NCBI GenBank assembly: GCA_963809485.1
Contig: CAWEJX010000008.1
Location: forward strand, 609,699-673,698
Reading direction: 5' to 3'
DNA from: an uncultured Acidobacteriota bacterium
Lineage (GTDB): Bacteria > Acidobacteriota > UBA6911
Length of the DNA: 64,000 nt
In this document: positions 42,278 through 52,250 of the stretch, piece after piece
Numbering within the stretch: the first letter of the stretch is position 1
How the letters are laid out: each line of letters starts with the position of its first letter
The notes under the pieces: generated by a model
Database searches by the model: none
What the model saw: only the letters and a program-made list of their open reading frames with translations
What the model was told of the DNA's origin: nothing
Position numbers and translations under genes: made by a program

Positions 42278-42583
42278 ATGACAGGCGAATACGACATGGA
42301 TCCAGGAGTGGTTGAGTTCCGAGTTCATGCTCTCAAACGAATGTTTCAGCGCCGGATAAGCACCGCAGCGGTCTTGCAGGCGCTGGAAACAGGGGCTACG
42401 ATTGAGCGCTATCCAGACGATTTTCCATACCCAAGCAGGCTTGTCCTCGGCTGGTGGGAATCGCAACCAATCCACGTGGTGGTTGCAGATAATATCGAGG
42501 AAGGAATTAGAATTGTCGTTACAGCATATCAGCCCGATTTGGAAGAATGGGAGCCTGGCTTCACAAGGAGAAGGAAACCATGA
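42278..42583 (+). CDS. DUF4258-family putative toxin
   Basis: 'HALKRMFQRRI', 'YPDDFPYPSRLVLG', 'PIHVVVA', 'VVTAYQPD'. Confidence 0.85.
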   Translation: MTGEYDMDPGVVEFRVHALKRMFQRRISTAAVLQALETGATIERYPDDFPYPSRLVLGWWESQPIHVVVADNIEEGIRIVVTAYQPDLEEWEPGFTRRRKP

Positions 42584-42807
42584 AATGCGTGATCTGCAAG
42601 ATGGGTGAGACGCAATCGGGGAAAGCCACAGTGACCCTGGAGCGGGATGGCACGACTCTCGTGATCAAAAATGTTCCCGCGGAAATCTGTGCCAACTGCG
42701 GCGAAGAATATGTCAATTCCAAGACGACCGAGCTTCTACTCGTGATTGCAGAGGAATCCGTACGTTCAGGTATCCAGGTCTCTATCCGCGATTATGCCGC
42801 CGCGTAA
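42580..42807 (+). CDS. YgiT-type zinc finger (MqsA-like) antitoxin
   Basis: 'MKCVICK', 'KNVPAEICANCGEEY'; ATGA overlap with DUF4258 gene. Confidence 0.88.
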   Translation: MKCVICKMGETQSGKATVTLERDGTTLVIKNVPAEICANCGEEYVNSKTTELLLVIAEESVRSGIQVSIRDYAAA

Positions 42808-42928
42808 TCTCTATGCATGAACCCCTGGCGGAGAAGAAATCCTGCCCGGTTCCTCAGGGTTCGAAGTATTTGGGAAAGGACTCAATCCAACCCTTAACGA
42901 TTTGCCGCGGCAAGAAATCCACTTAATA

Positions 42929-43230
42929 TAGTTTCTGTCGCGAAACTCGGGCTATGTGCGGAAACCGGATTTGTTAACAGTCGATAGGATATTTGATATT
43001 ACATAGAAGCCGGAAATTGGAGCCGGGCCGCGTAGCGGCCAGCTGAATTTAGCCAGGCCTTTTAAGGCCTGGATCTAAAGATATTAGTTTTTCCGTCGCG
43101 TAGCGACGGTTGAATCTCAGGCGTCGCTACGCGACGCGCTGTTCCCAATACCACGGCCCCCGGCCTTGAAAGGCCGGGCTAAAATCATAGCGCCGCTACG
43201 CGGCTCAAACCAGTTTCGCGACAGAAACTA
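42929..43230. mobile_element. ~300-bp MITE with 17-bp TIRs, TA flanks and internal REP-like hairpins
   Basis: TA-GTTTCTGTCGCGAAACT ... AGTTTCGCGACAGAAAC-TA perfect inverted repeat. Confidence 0.8.
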
Positions 43231-43839
43231 AAACAGGTGTTTCGCTATTTGGCGGGCTTTTGCCAGTTCTGCTTCGTTATTGATATTGAAGAAACTGTAA
43301 CGCTGCGGATCCGACGCCAATAGTTCCTCCGGAGTCAGATACCTGGTTTTCACCAGGCCGGCGATCTCGATGATGCGCACGTTGTCCCGGCCCATCAGTT
43401 CCAGGATAGCGTCCATGCATGCTTTCGAGTAGACCGCGTGCAGCGGTTCGAACCGTTCTCCTTCACGATAAGCAACGAGGTCCGAACCTTCGGCAATATC
43501 GAGCATAAATCGAATCAGGCCGGCATTTAAAAACGGCATGTCGGAAGCGGATACGAAATTATAAACCGATTCCGAAGCCGCCAGCCCAGCATATATCCCC
43601 CCCAGCAGACCCTTATTTTGCGTAAAATCGGCCACGACCCTGGTCCGGGCATACATGGAAATATCAGGCAGGCTGGAAGGTCTTGAAGTGACGATGATGG
43701 TCTCGCGTCCAAGAGGCGACAGCACATCCAGGACCCGGTGCAAAAGGATCTTCCCGCCGACAGTCTCGGCAAGTTTATTCCTTCCCAAACGGGTGCTTTT
43801 ACCGCCGGCAAGCGTGATGCAGCTGACGTCCAATGCCAC
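43228..43839 (-). CDS. mobA: Molybdenum cofactor guanylyltransferase
   Basis: 'LAGGKSTRLGRNK', 'GLLGGIYAGL', 'SDMPFL', 'EPLHAVY', 'FFNINN'; near fdh genes. Confidence 0.92.
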   Translation of the reverse strand: MALDVSCITLAGGKSTRLGRNKLAETVGGKILLHRVLDVLSPLGRETIIVTSRPSSLPDISMYARTRVVADFTQNKGLLGGIYAGLAASESVYNFVSASDMPFLNAGLIRFMLDIAEGSDLVAYREGERFEPLHAVYSKACMDAILELMGRDNVRIIEIAGLVKTRYLTPEELLASDPQRYSFFNINNEAELAKARQIAKHLF

Positions 43840-43921
43840 CCCGGGCTCCTCAAAGTGTTGGTTTTCTAGAGAAAAAATTTTATTTCGGCGTATGTCGGCG
43901 TTTTGTCGGCGTAAGTCCGCG

Positions 43922-44560
43922 TTATCTCCTGTCAGCTTCGCCCGCGCGGAAGCCGGCGGCCGCGTAAGGCAGGATCTGCACGAGAGTGGCTTCCAGGTCG
44001 CGCGGGTCGCATTTTCCGCGGGAGAGCCCAAGCAGCGAATTGGGCGCGCGCACGCCGAAGGCGATCGCGCCCACGATGAAATGCAGGCGCCACATCAGGG
44101 TTTCTTTGGAAAGATGAGGCAGGCGGGAGCGCAGAGCTTTGATGAACGCGTAGTGCGTGCGCTGCAGGTAGGGGGAGCCTTTTTTCAGCCTCTCCCATCT
44201 CTCCACGGACAGGTTGGCCGTCAGCCGGAGCTGCAGCGCCCTGTCCTTCGGATTCGATCCCGGCTGCAGCCAGGGAAGGATCCAAGCTTTCAAAATTTCT
44301 TCCAGGGACGGCCTGTTCCCGTTGCGCATCGCGGCAGAAAGCATTTTCATGCGCTCCCGCGCGAGCGGGATAGTGTGTATGCGGTAGACCTGGTTGAACA
44401 GCTGCTGTTTGCTTCGGAAGTAATACGCGACCAGCGCGGAATTCACTCCGGCGTGCGACGCAATCTCGCGCACCGACACTTCCCGGTACCCTTTCGAAGC
44501 GAACAGCGCTTCCGCCGATCTTAGAAGCTTTTCTCGTGAACTTATATTCTGCCTTTTCAC
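43922..44560 (-). CDS. TetR/AcrR family regulator
   Basis: 'REKLLRSAEALFASKGY..VSVREIASHAGVNSALVAYYFRSKQQL'. Confidence 0.92.
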   Translation of the reverse strand: MKRQNISSREKLLRSAEALFASKGYREVSVREIASHAGVNSALVAYYFRSKQQLFNQVYRIHTIPLARERMKMLSAAMRNGNRPSLEEILKAWILPWLQPGSNPKDRALQLRLTANLSVERWERLKKGSPYLQRTHYAFIKALRSRLPHLSKETLMWRLHFIVGAIAFGVRAPNSLLGLSRGKCDPRDLEATLVQILPYAAAGFRAGEADRR

Positions 44561-44669
44561 CTGTCTCGTCCTCTTTTGAATTGGAAATGACACCGACAAA
44601 AAATATATATTTTTTATCAGCGTATGTCAGCGATTTTATCAGCGTATGTCAGCGTTACAGGAGGAAAAC

Positions 44670-45218
44670 ATGGAAATCGGGTATCTGCAAATCTTTATTC
44701 TTATTCCGCTTCTTTCATGGATGGCCGGCCCGGGGCAGGCGGAACGCTTCGATCCTCCCAAGCCCGAACTGGAATTCCTGGCGCGCTTCGAAGGATTGCT
44801 GGAATCCCCGGTGCTGGAAGTGGGCAAGGTGCCGGGCGTGGGAAACCGGCGCATCATTCCGATCACGGGCGGCAAGTTCGAGGGCCCGCGCCTGAAGGGG
44901 CAGATTCTCAATAACGGCGCCGACTGGCAGGTGATCCAGGAGGACGGCGTGGCCCGGCTGGATACAAGGTACGCGCTGAAGACGGATGACGGGGCGCTGA
45001 TATACATCCAGACGCGCGGATTCCGTTACGGGCCCGACGACGTGATTGCGCAGGTAGCCCGCGGGGAAGCGGTAGACCCGAACAAATATTTCTTCCGGAT
45101 CTTCATTCAATTTGAAACCGGGGATCCCAGGTACGCGTGGCTGAACCGCGCCATGGCCATCGGCGCCGCCATGCGCCTGCGCAATTCGGTTATCTACGAC
45201 GCTTACCTGATTAAATAA
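44670..45218 (+). CDS. DUF3237 family protein
   Basis: 'RRIIPITGGKFEG', 'GADWQ', 'LDTRYALKTDDGALIY', 'YAWLN'. Confidence 0.9.
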   Translation: MEIGYLQIFILIPLLSWMAGPGQAERFDPPKPELEFLARFEGLLESPVLEVGKVPGVGNRRIIPITGGKFEGPRLKGQILNNGADWQVIQEDGVARLDTRYALKTDDGALIYIQTRGFRYGPDDVIAQVARGEAVDPNKYFFRIFIQFETGDPRYAWLNRAMAIGAAMRLRNSVIYDAYLIK

Positions 45219-45322
45219 CGCTGACGTACGCTGACAGGACGCCGACGCACGCTGAAAAAAATATATATATAAATTTTTTCAGCGTGAGTCAGCGGTTTTT
45301 TCGGCGTTCGTCGGCGTTTGAC
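45216..45322. repeat. ACGCYGAC element between convergent genes
   Basis: Starts at the DUF3237 TAA; right arm encodes the tannase C-terminus (…ADSR*). Confidence 0.9.
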
Positions 45323-46868
45323 ACGTGAAATTGCCGTCGGTCGCTTGTTTCGCATAGGCGGGATACGGGCACAGGGGGCGGGTGATGCCGGGGTAACCGG
45401 CGCCGGTGGCGGGCAACTGGGCGGGCGCCTCTCCTTTCTCCACCCAATTCACGATCGCCGTCAATGCATCGAAATTGTCCAGGCCGCCGCCCGCGCAATG
45501 CGTCATGCCGGGGACGAGGAAGAGCCTCGCCCATTCCGGTCCCGGCCGGACGTCGGCATTGTCTTTCACCAGGGCGTTGTAATAGCGGACCGTGTCGTTG
45601 GCCGAGAAAAACGGGTCGGCCATCCCGTGGTACAGGATCAGCTTCCCTCCCCTTTCGATGAAGGTCGACAGTTGGGTCCCCGTCGGGTCCTGCAGCGCGG
45701 CGGTTTCCTCGACGCGCGCCGGATCGCGGTCGAAATCGTATTTCATCGGATCGAAGTCCGGGTCATACGGAGTCATGAAGTAGCCCTTCAGTCCGCTGAG
45801 CATCAGCGTGACTCCGGCGGAGTCGGGCACGGCGGTCTTCGATGTCCCCAGCTTGAGCATCCTCCATCCCGCCGAGGCGATGCCGGGGTCCCAGGGCCAG
45901 TCGGAATAAAGCTCTTCCCCTTTGGAATTCCTCGGCCCGTCGAACACCATTTTGAGGATGGCGACCTGCGCCGGCGTAAGGCAGGCGGGGGTCTTATCGC
46001 CGCCGCACGAGAGCCCGACCGGATCGAAATTGCATGCGGCGGTGTTCATCACCAGCCCGTCTTTGGCGCCGTCGAACCCGTCGCACTGTTTGAGAATGGC
46101 GTCGGCGACCAGCTTGAGGTCGGCGTCGGAATATGCCCGGCTCAGTATGGGTTTGCCTTCGGCGTCGGTCGGGGCGATGCGCGAAAACAGGATGGTCTCC
46201 CAGGCGTTGCCGATAGCGGCGCGGGTGACGCGGAAAGCCGGCGCGCCCGAGACGACGCCGTCGAAGTCCCTCGGGAAGCGCTGGGCCGCCATCAGTCCCT
46301 GGCGGCCGCCGTTGGAGCATCCGGCGATGTAGGAGTGCTTCCACGCCTGGCCGTAAAACTGCCGGGCCAGTTCTTTGGACACTTCGGTGACGCGCTCGAT
46401 CGAGCGGTAGGCGTTGTCGATGCGCGCCTGCTGGTCGCGTCCGAAGCTTGCGTCGGCCATCGGATTGGGGCCGGAGCCCTGGTGGCCGGCGTCGGTGGCG
46501 GCCACGGCGAAGCCGCGCGCGAGTCCGGGAGTCTTGTCGGCGCCTGAGGAGGAGCCCAGCGCCGGGCGGATCATGCCGTCCATGCCCCCGCCTCCCTGGA
46601 AGAGGAAGCGCTGCTCCCACTTTTCGGGCATGCGCAGCTCGAAGCCGATGCCGTAGGGGCGGCCGTCGCGCCCGGTCCGTTTTTCGATGGTGCCGCGCAC
46701 CATGCAGTGGGCGGGCAGCCCGTCGGCCGAGGCCGGGTTCATGGTCGACTCGGTGATGGCGACATCGGCGATGCCGGCCTTCGCGAGGCCGGCGCACTTC
46801 GTCTCCACCGACTGCGCGCAGAGCATCCCCGGCACAACCAGCGCAAAAAACACCACGCAACTCTTCAT
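45279..46868 (-). CDS. Tannase/feruloyl esterase family hydrolase
   Basis: 'FQGGGG', 'GCSNGGRQ', 'YHGMAD', 'PGMTHCAGG', 'RPLCPYP'. Confidence 0.93.
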   Translation of the reverse strand: MKSCVVFFALVVPGMLCAQSVETKCAGLAKAGIADVAITESTMNPASADGLPAHCMVRGTIEKRTGRDGRPYGIGFELRMPEKWEQRFLFQGGGGMDGMIRPALGSSSGADKTPGLARGFAVAATDAGHQGSGPNPMADASFGRDQQARIDNAYRSIERVTEVSKELARQFYGQAWKHSYIAGCSNGGRQGLMAAQRFPRDFDGVVSGAPAFRVTRAAIGNAWETILFSRIAPTDAEGKPILSRAYSDADLKLVADAILKQCDGFDGAKDGLVMNTAACNFDPVGLSCGGDKTPACLTPAQVAILKMVFDGPRNSKGEELYSDWPWDPGIASAGWRMLKLGTSKTAVPDSAGVTLMLSGLKGYFMTPYDPDFDPMKYDFDRDPARVEETAALQDPTGTQLSTFIERGGKLILYHGMADPFFSANDTVRYYNALVKDNADVRPGPEWARLFLVPGMTHCAGGGLDNFDALTAIVNWVEKGEAPAQLPATGAGYPGITRPLCPYPAYAKQATDGNFTCQTPTNAEKTADSR

Positions 46869-46913
46869 ATTCTTCTCCTCACCTAACTCAACTCATCATA
46901 CAATAGCGCCTTT

Positions 46914-47018
46914 TTAACGCTGACGTACGCTGACATTCGCTGACGAACGCTGAAAAAATAAATATATATATTTTTTTATCGGCGTTCATCAGCGATTGTC
47001 AGCGTAGGTCAGCGTTAA
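46914..47018. repeat. Complete ACGCYGAC element between divergent genes
   Basis: TTAA...TTAA, 4+4 motifs. Confidence 0.93.
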
Positions 47019-47027
47019 GAGGAGTGT

Positions 47028-49188
47028 ATGAAAATCAGGACCCTGGCTGTTATTTACATATGTTTCTTCGGCGCTGGCTGGCTGGGCACAGGAAGTAACG
47101 CTCACGCCCAAGGCTTACGAGATACGCAAGCTGGCCGCCGGCGATTCGATCAAGCTGGACGGGCAGCTGTCGGAGCCGGCCTGGGCTGCGGCGGAAGTGG
47201 CCACGGACTTCCTTCAGCAGGTGCCGGACGAAGGAAAGCTGGCCACGCAAAAGACCGAGGTGCGGCTGCTTTACGACGACAAGAACCTGTACGTAGGCTT
47301 CCACTGCTGGCAGACGGATAAAATCGTCGTGACCGACCTGCACCGCGACTTTTCGGTGCTCGACAACGACATCGTCGAAATCGTTTTCGACACTTTCAAA
47401 GATCACCGCAACGCCTTCGCCTTCATGACCAACCCGATGGGCGCCCTGAACGACCTGCAGTTCAGCACGGACGGCCGGGACTCCAACATCAACTGGAACG
47501 CCGTCTGGGACGTCAAGACACGCATCCATCCCGGCTACTGGACGGCGGAGCTCGTCATCCCGTTCAAATCGCTGCGCTTCACGCGGGCGGAGATCCAGGA
47601 CTGGGGCATCAACATCATGCGGCGGGCGCGCTACATCAACGAAGGCAGCTGCTGGTCGTTCGTGCCGCGCCGGTTCAAGCTCGGGATGGTGTCGCTGGCG
47701 GGGACGATGTCGGGACTGGAGGATGTGAAGCCCGGCCGCAATCTGAAAGTCAAACCGTTCGTGCTGGGCAGCGCGAACGAAATCCCCTCCCGGCCCGGCG
47801 ACACGGATTATTACCTGGGCAAGATCGGTTTGGATCTCAAATACGGCTTGACCCCGGGCCTGACGCTCGACTTCACGGCCAACACGGATTTCAGCCAGGT
47901 GGAAGCCGACGTGCAGCAGATCAACCTCACCCGCTACAACCTGTTTTATCCCGAAAAGCGCGAGTTCTTCCTGGAGAACAGCAATCTCTTCCATTTGGGA
48001 GAGGTGCTGGAGAACGGCAGCAGCGACGTGATGCTTTTTTACAGCCGCCGCATCGGCCTGGACGACAAGGGCAATCAGATCCCTCTGCTGGGCGGGGTGA
48101 GATTGAGCGGGCACGCGGACAGATACGAACTGGGCTTGCTGAACATGCAGGCCAAGGAATTCGGCGACACGCCCGCGAACAACTTCACGGTCGCGCGCTT
48201 ACGCCGCAGCATCGGGAAAAATTCGGATATCGGGGCGATATTCGTCGACCGCGAAGCGACGAGCGAAGACAACAATTACAACCGGGTCGTGGGCGCGGAC
48301 GCGAACCTGCGTTTCACCCAGGACCTGGTCTTCAACAGCTACATTGCCAAAAGCCAGACGCCGGGCACTTCCGGCAAGGACTGGGCGGGCGGCGCCTACC
48401 TCGGCCTGACGAAGAGGCGCTACATGCTCATCGGAAAGTATCGGGAGGTTCAGCCGAACTTCAACGCCGAGGTCGGCTTTGTCCGGCGCACGGATGTCCG
48501 CCTGTTCAGCGGCGGCGGCGCGCTTAATTTTTACCCGGAGGACTTCTGGAGCATCCGGGAAATCCGGATGATGATGAGGATGGACACTTTCCTGACCACG
48601 GACAACGACCTGGACACGCGCAAATACATGCCGGGGTTCAGCATGGAGTTCGACTCAGGCGCAATGTTCGAAGTGTTTGGGAATCACACGCGCGAGATTT
48701 TGAAGGAAGAATTCGTGCCCTTCCCCGGCCGGCCCATTCCGGCGGGGGATTACAGCTACGGGACCTATCATTTGGAATACACGCACAACACGAGCGCGGT
48801 TATTTCGCCGTTCGCGTCGTTTGAACAGGGCGGCTATTACGACGGGCACCGCAGGATGTGGGGCGGAGGGCTGCTTATCCATCCCAATGCGAAGCTGAGC
48901 TTCAAAGCCAGCATCGAGCGCAACGACGTGGACATCGAGTCCGGGACGTACGGGATGAACCTGATGCTGTTTCGGATAAACTACAGTTTCACGACGCGGA
49001 TGTTTTTGGATGCGCTGGTGCAGTACAACAGCGTGACGGGGCTGGTGAGTTCGAACATACGGTTCAACCTGATCCACCGCCCGCTCAGCGATTTATTCGT
49101 TGTCTACAACGACAACCACGATTACCGCAACGGCAATCTGGTCAACCGCGTCTTCAGCGTAAAATTCACGCGAATGTTCGATTTTTAG
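47028..49188 (+). CDS. CBM9-like / DUF5916 secreted protein, probable frameshift near 47080
   Basis: Signal-peptide start 47028; 'IKLDGQLSEPAW', 'NTDFSQVEAD', 'FYPEKREFFLE'; paralog of 31015..33243. Confidence 0.85.
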
Positions 49189-49302
49189 GATTCACAATTT
49201 ATAAATATTTTTTTCAGCGTGTGTCGGCGTCCTGTCGGCGTGAGTCAGCGTTAAAATTTATGGACGGGCCTCCAGAGCCGGTCTCGAAACGAATTGTGGG
49301 CG

Positions 49303-49899
49303 CTATTTTTTCGCGCGGCGGACCGCCAATGCCATTCCGGCCAATCCGGCGGCAAGGAGGAGCAAGGAAGCAGGTTCAGGCACGATGGACTCAGGCGTCC
49401 GATAGGCCCAGATACCCATATCTATCGACCCTGGATACTCGAAGTTTTGGATTATGCCGGCATCTGCGACATCATAGGCAAAACTCCACTCGGTATCTGC
49501 ATCAAGAGCCCATGCCCATCCATAATAGTTGTCGTTGCCATCGTCGAACATACCCCAGATCAAATCCCTGGGAATGCCGGATCCCATGATGTAGGCGTAA
49601 TAAAACCACTTGCTGCCGGTCAATGGCAAACTGTTCAGAAGGGGATATACGTCATCGTAAGTCGCAAAAGTAAATCCGGCGCCATTGGCGGCCGCAATCA
49701 TATCGTATCCGCTTGTCCCGACCGTTGAATCATCATTGAAGAAACTGTCGACCTTCAGCCAGATCCGCCCGGTGTTGGTATCCTGGAATGTGGCAAATCC
49801 GGCTATATCCGCGAATTCGATAACGTTTGCGTTTGCGGCTGAAACACTGAATAGGCACAAAACAAAGCCCAGCAGCCCAAGAAGCTGGATTTTTCTCAT
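49303..49899 (-). CDS. PEP-CTERM sorting-domain protein
   Basis: Signal peptide; C-terminal 'VPEPASLLLLAAGLAGMALAVRRAKK'. Confidence 0.92.
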   Translation of the reverse strand: MRKIQLLGLLGFVLCLFSVSAANANVIEFADIAGFATFQDTNTGRIWLKVDSFFNDDSTVGTSGYDMIAAANGAGFTFATYDDVYPLLNSLPLTGSKWFYYAYIMGSGIPRDLIWGMFDDGNDNYYGWAWALDADTEWSFAYDVADAGIIQNFEYPGSIDMGIWAYRTPESIVPEPASLLLLAAGLAGMALAVRRAKK

Positions 49900-50119
49900 T
49901 GCATGGCCTCCCGGCATTGTAGCTGATATGAGATACAATGACGCTTATAATTCAGAAAGCAACTTGAATACCATTTCGGTTCATAGCCTTGCTTCCTGCG
50001 CTCATTAATAAATAAATCATTGATTCTATTGAGGATAAAATTTTCGCATAAGAACCGCGCGATAGAATACACCGGACTCCCATAATCATTGCGGTGCGAA
50101 ATCTGTAAGAAAATCCGAC

Positions 50120-50261
50120 ATCCGATTGTAAGCATTTCCGACATACTCTCCAGGCCAGCCCGATTAGGCTATTAATTTGCATTCACTTTTCCAACGCTGA
50201 CCCACGCCGACCGGACGCCGACGAACGCCGAAAAATCTATATATATTTTTTTGTCGGCGTT
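50120..50261 (+). repeat. ~140-bp direct repeat copy 1 (unique flank + palindromic element)
   Basis: Near-identical to 51313-51454. Confidence 0.9.
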
Positions 50262-50392
50262 CGTCGGCGTTTTTGTCGGCGTAGGTCGCAGCTTCCGGTT
50301 CTATAGGGCCGGAGGCCCGGCAGAAATCAGCCAGAGGTGGAGCGAACCCCTGGTAATCTGGCCTTCACCAGGCCCGATGGTCCTGCAAATTA

Positions 50393-50995
50393 TTATGGTT
50401 CCGGATAATTGTCAGGAGCGGGAAGTGATTTGAGCAATGGCACGGCCTCAGAGAGGTGACGGGACGTATAGGAGTTTGCGATTGGACCTTCCAACTGGTA
50501 ATCAGGCAGACCGTCCCCATCCAAATCTAGAAACAAGTACATGCTGACATTTAGCTTCATTGTTTTGGCATCAATAATTATCCCTTTCCCTCTGCTGATC
50601 AATATGTAAGCAATAGATCCATCAATGTACTTAACTCGCTGCATCTGTACATTCTCGAGCTTTCCGGGCCCGGTCATCCTACCTTCGCCGTATGCCAGTT
50701 CCTGTACGGGCGCAATGTTTCGAAAAAATCCACCTATAGACCAATCAATGCCGCCACTCTCACCAACCATATTCCATGTACGACTATTGGGGTTAGTATA
50801 GAACGCCGTTGATATGACTATCTGTCCCGAAGCATCGGTGGTTATCCAGGTGCCGGCCTCCGGCGTCCCCGCAAAATGGCCTGAATCTCCGGATTCCCTG
50901 TTTTTTTCTCCAGCAACAAGAGTTGATGGAATACTTAATGCCAATGCCAGCACACAAACAAAGCTGAAGAGTGTAATGGTCCTTTTACTTCTCAT
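50393..50995 (-). CDS. Hypothetical secreted protein (lower GC)
   Basis: GAGGAGG RBS, signal peptide MRSKRTITLFSFVCVLALAL; no recognised domain. Confidence 0.7.
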   Translation of the reverse strand: MRSKRTITLFSFVCVLALALSIPSTLVAGEKNRESGDSGHFAGTPEAGTWITTDASGQIVISTAFYTNPNSRTWNMVGESGGIDWSIGGFFRNIAPVQELAYGEGRMTGPGKLENVQMQRVKYIDGSIAYILISRGKGIIIDAKTMKLNVSMYLFLDLDGDGLPDYQLEGPIANSYTSRHLSEAVPLLKSLPAPDNYPEP

Positions 50996-51312
50996 GGTCT
51001 CCTCCTCAAATGGAATGCTTTCTATTTCCTTAATGCGCGAAACTGGGGTCAAAAGCTTAAGACAATCTTGGAAAAGCTATCGGAGGTTTTTCGCTGTGGT
51101 AGGGGGTATCTTCAAAAGACCAAATGGAACCAGGCAAACCTAGTCTCCGACCTACAATGCAAATATGCTATTGCCGGTCCTCCATTTACACTTCTGATTG
51201 TTAATACTTTCCACTACTTATTGACAAGATGTAAATAGCACTTTGGTACGGCCGGAGGTTACCCTTCGGTATCGATCTGGGAAGCAGCATGATTCTTCCA
51301 ATCCGCTTCAAG

Positions 51313-51454
51313 ATCCGATTGCAAGCATTTCCGACATACTCTCCGGGCCCGCCCGATTAGGCTATTAATTTACATTCACTCTCCCAACGCTGACTCACGC
51401 CGACCGGACGCCGACCAACGCTGAACAAATTTATATATATTTTTTTGTCGGCGT
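51313..51454 (+). repeat. ~140-bp direct repeat copy 2
   Basis: Near-identical to 50120-50261. Confidence 0.9.
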
Positions 51455-51607
51455 TTGTCCGCGTAAGTCAGCGTTTAAAATTCAACGTGCCAATCTTCAT
51501 CCGATCTGTTTTATTGCCCTTGTTTCAAAGCCTTGTCTGTGTTATTGGATTTCAACAGCATTTACCAATTTACCAATGCAAGCCTAAAAACGCAGCGAGG
51601 TGAGACC

Positions 51608-52075
51608 ATGCCATTTTGCGGAAAGTGCGGGGCAAGTTTAAGCGAAGGAACGACTTTTTGCGGCAATTGCGGCGCACCGGTCACGTCTTCCCCGGGAGTT
51701 GTACAGACCCGGAGTACGGGGACGTCTCTGGCACCCAATATTGCGGGGCTGCTGAGCTATGTGCTGGGTTTCATAACCGGGATTATTTTCCTTGTATTGG
51801 AACCTTACAAGAATGATAAATTCGTCCGATTTCATGCCTTCCAATCCATCTTCTTCAGCGTTGCCCTCACGGCCTTCTGGATTCTCTGGAACGGCATTCT
51901 TGGCGCATTGTTTTGGAACGTGTCTTTTCTCTTGCTCATCCTGGGCCCGATCAGCGCTTTAGTCTCACTTGCCGCATTTTTGCTTTGGATTTTCCTGATG
52001 TACAAGGCCTATAACAATGAAAGATTCATGATTCCTATCATCGGAGAATTCGCAGCCAAGCAGGCAGCCGGCTAA
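51608..52075 (+). CDS. Zinc-ribbon + DUF4870 membrane protein
   Basis: 'FCGKCG...FCGNCG', 'NIAGLLSYV', 'FVRFHAFQS', 'PIIGEFA'. Confidence 0.88.
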   Translation: MPFCGKCGASLSEGTTFCGNCGAPVTSSPGVVQTRSTGTSLAPNIAGLLSYVLGFITGIIFLVLEPYKNDKFVRFHAFQSIFFSVALTAFWILWNGILGALFWNVSFLLLILGPISALVSLAAFLLWIFLMYKAYNNERFMIPIIGEFAAKQAAG

Positions 52076-52250
52076 CGGCGGAGCATGAACGCGCGCTGAA
52101 ACGCTCTGTGCAGCGTCGGCGCACATGGCTTGCTGTGCTTGCGTCTGCTCCGGGCCTGACGCGTTGAACTGAGTTACGGCTCAAGGACCCCGTCAAACTC
52201 ATTGATGAATTTTGAGCGGTTCCCGATAACACAGCCTCAAGGAGGTTCCT

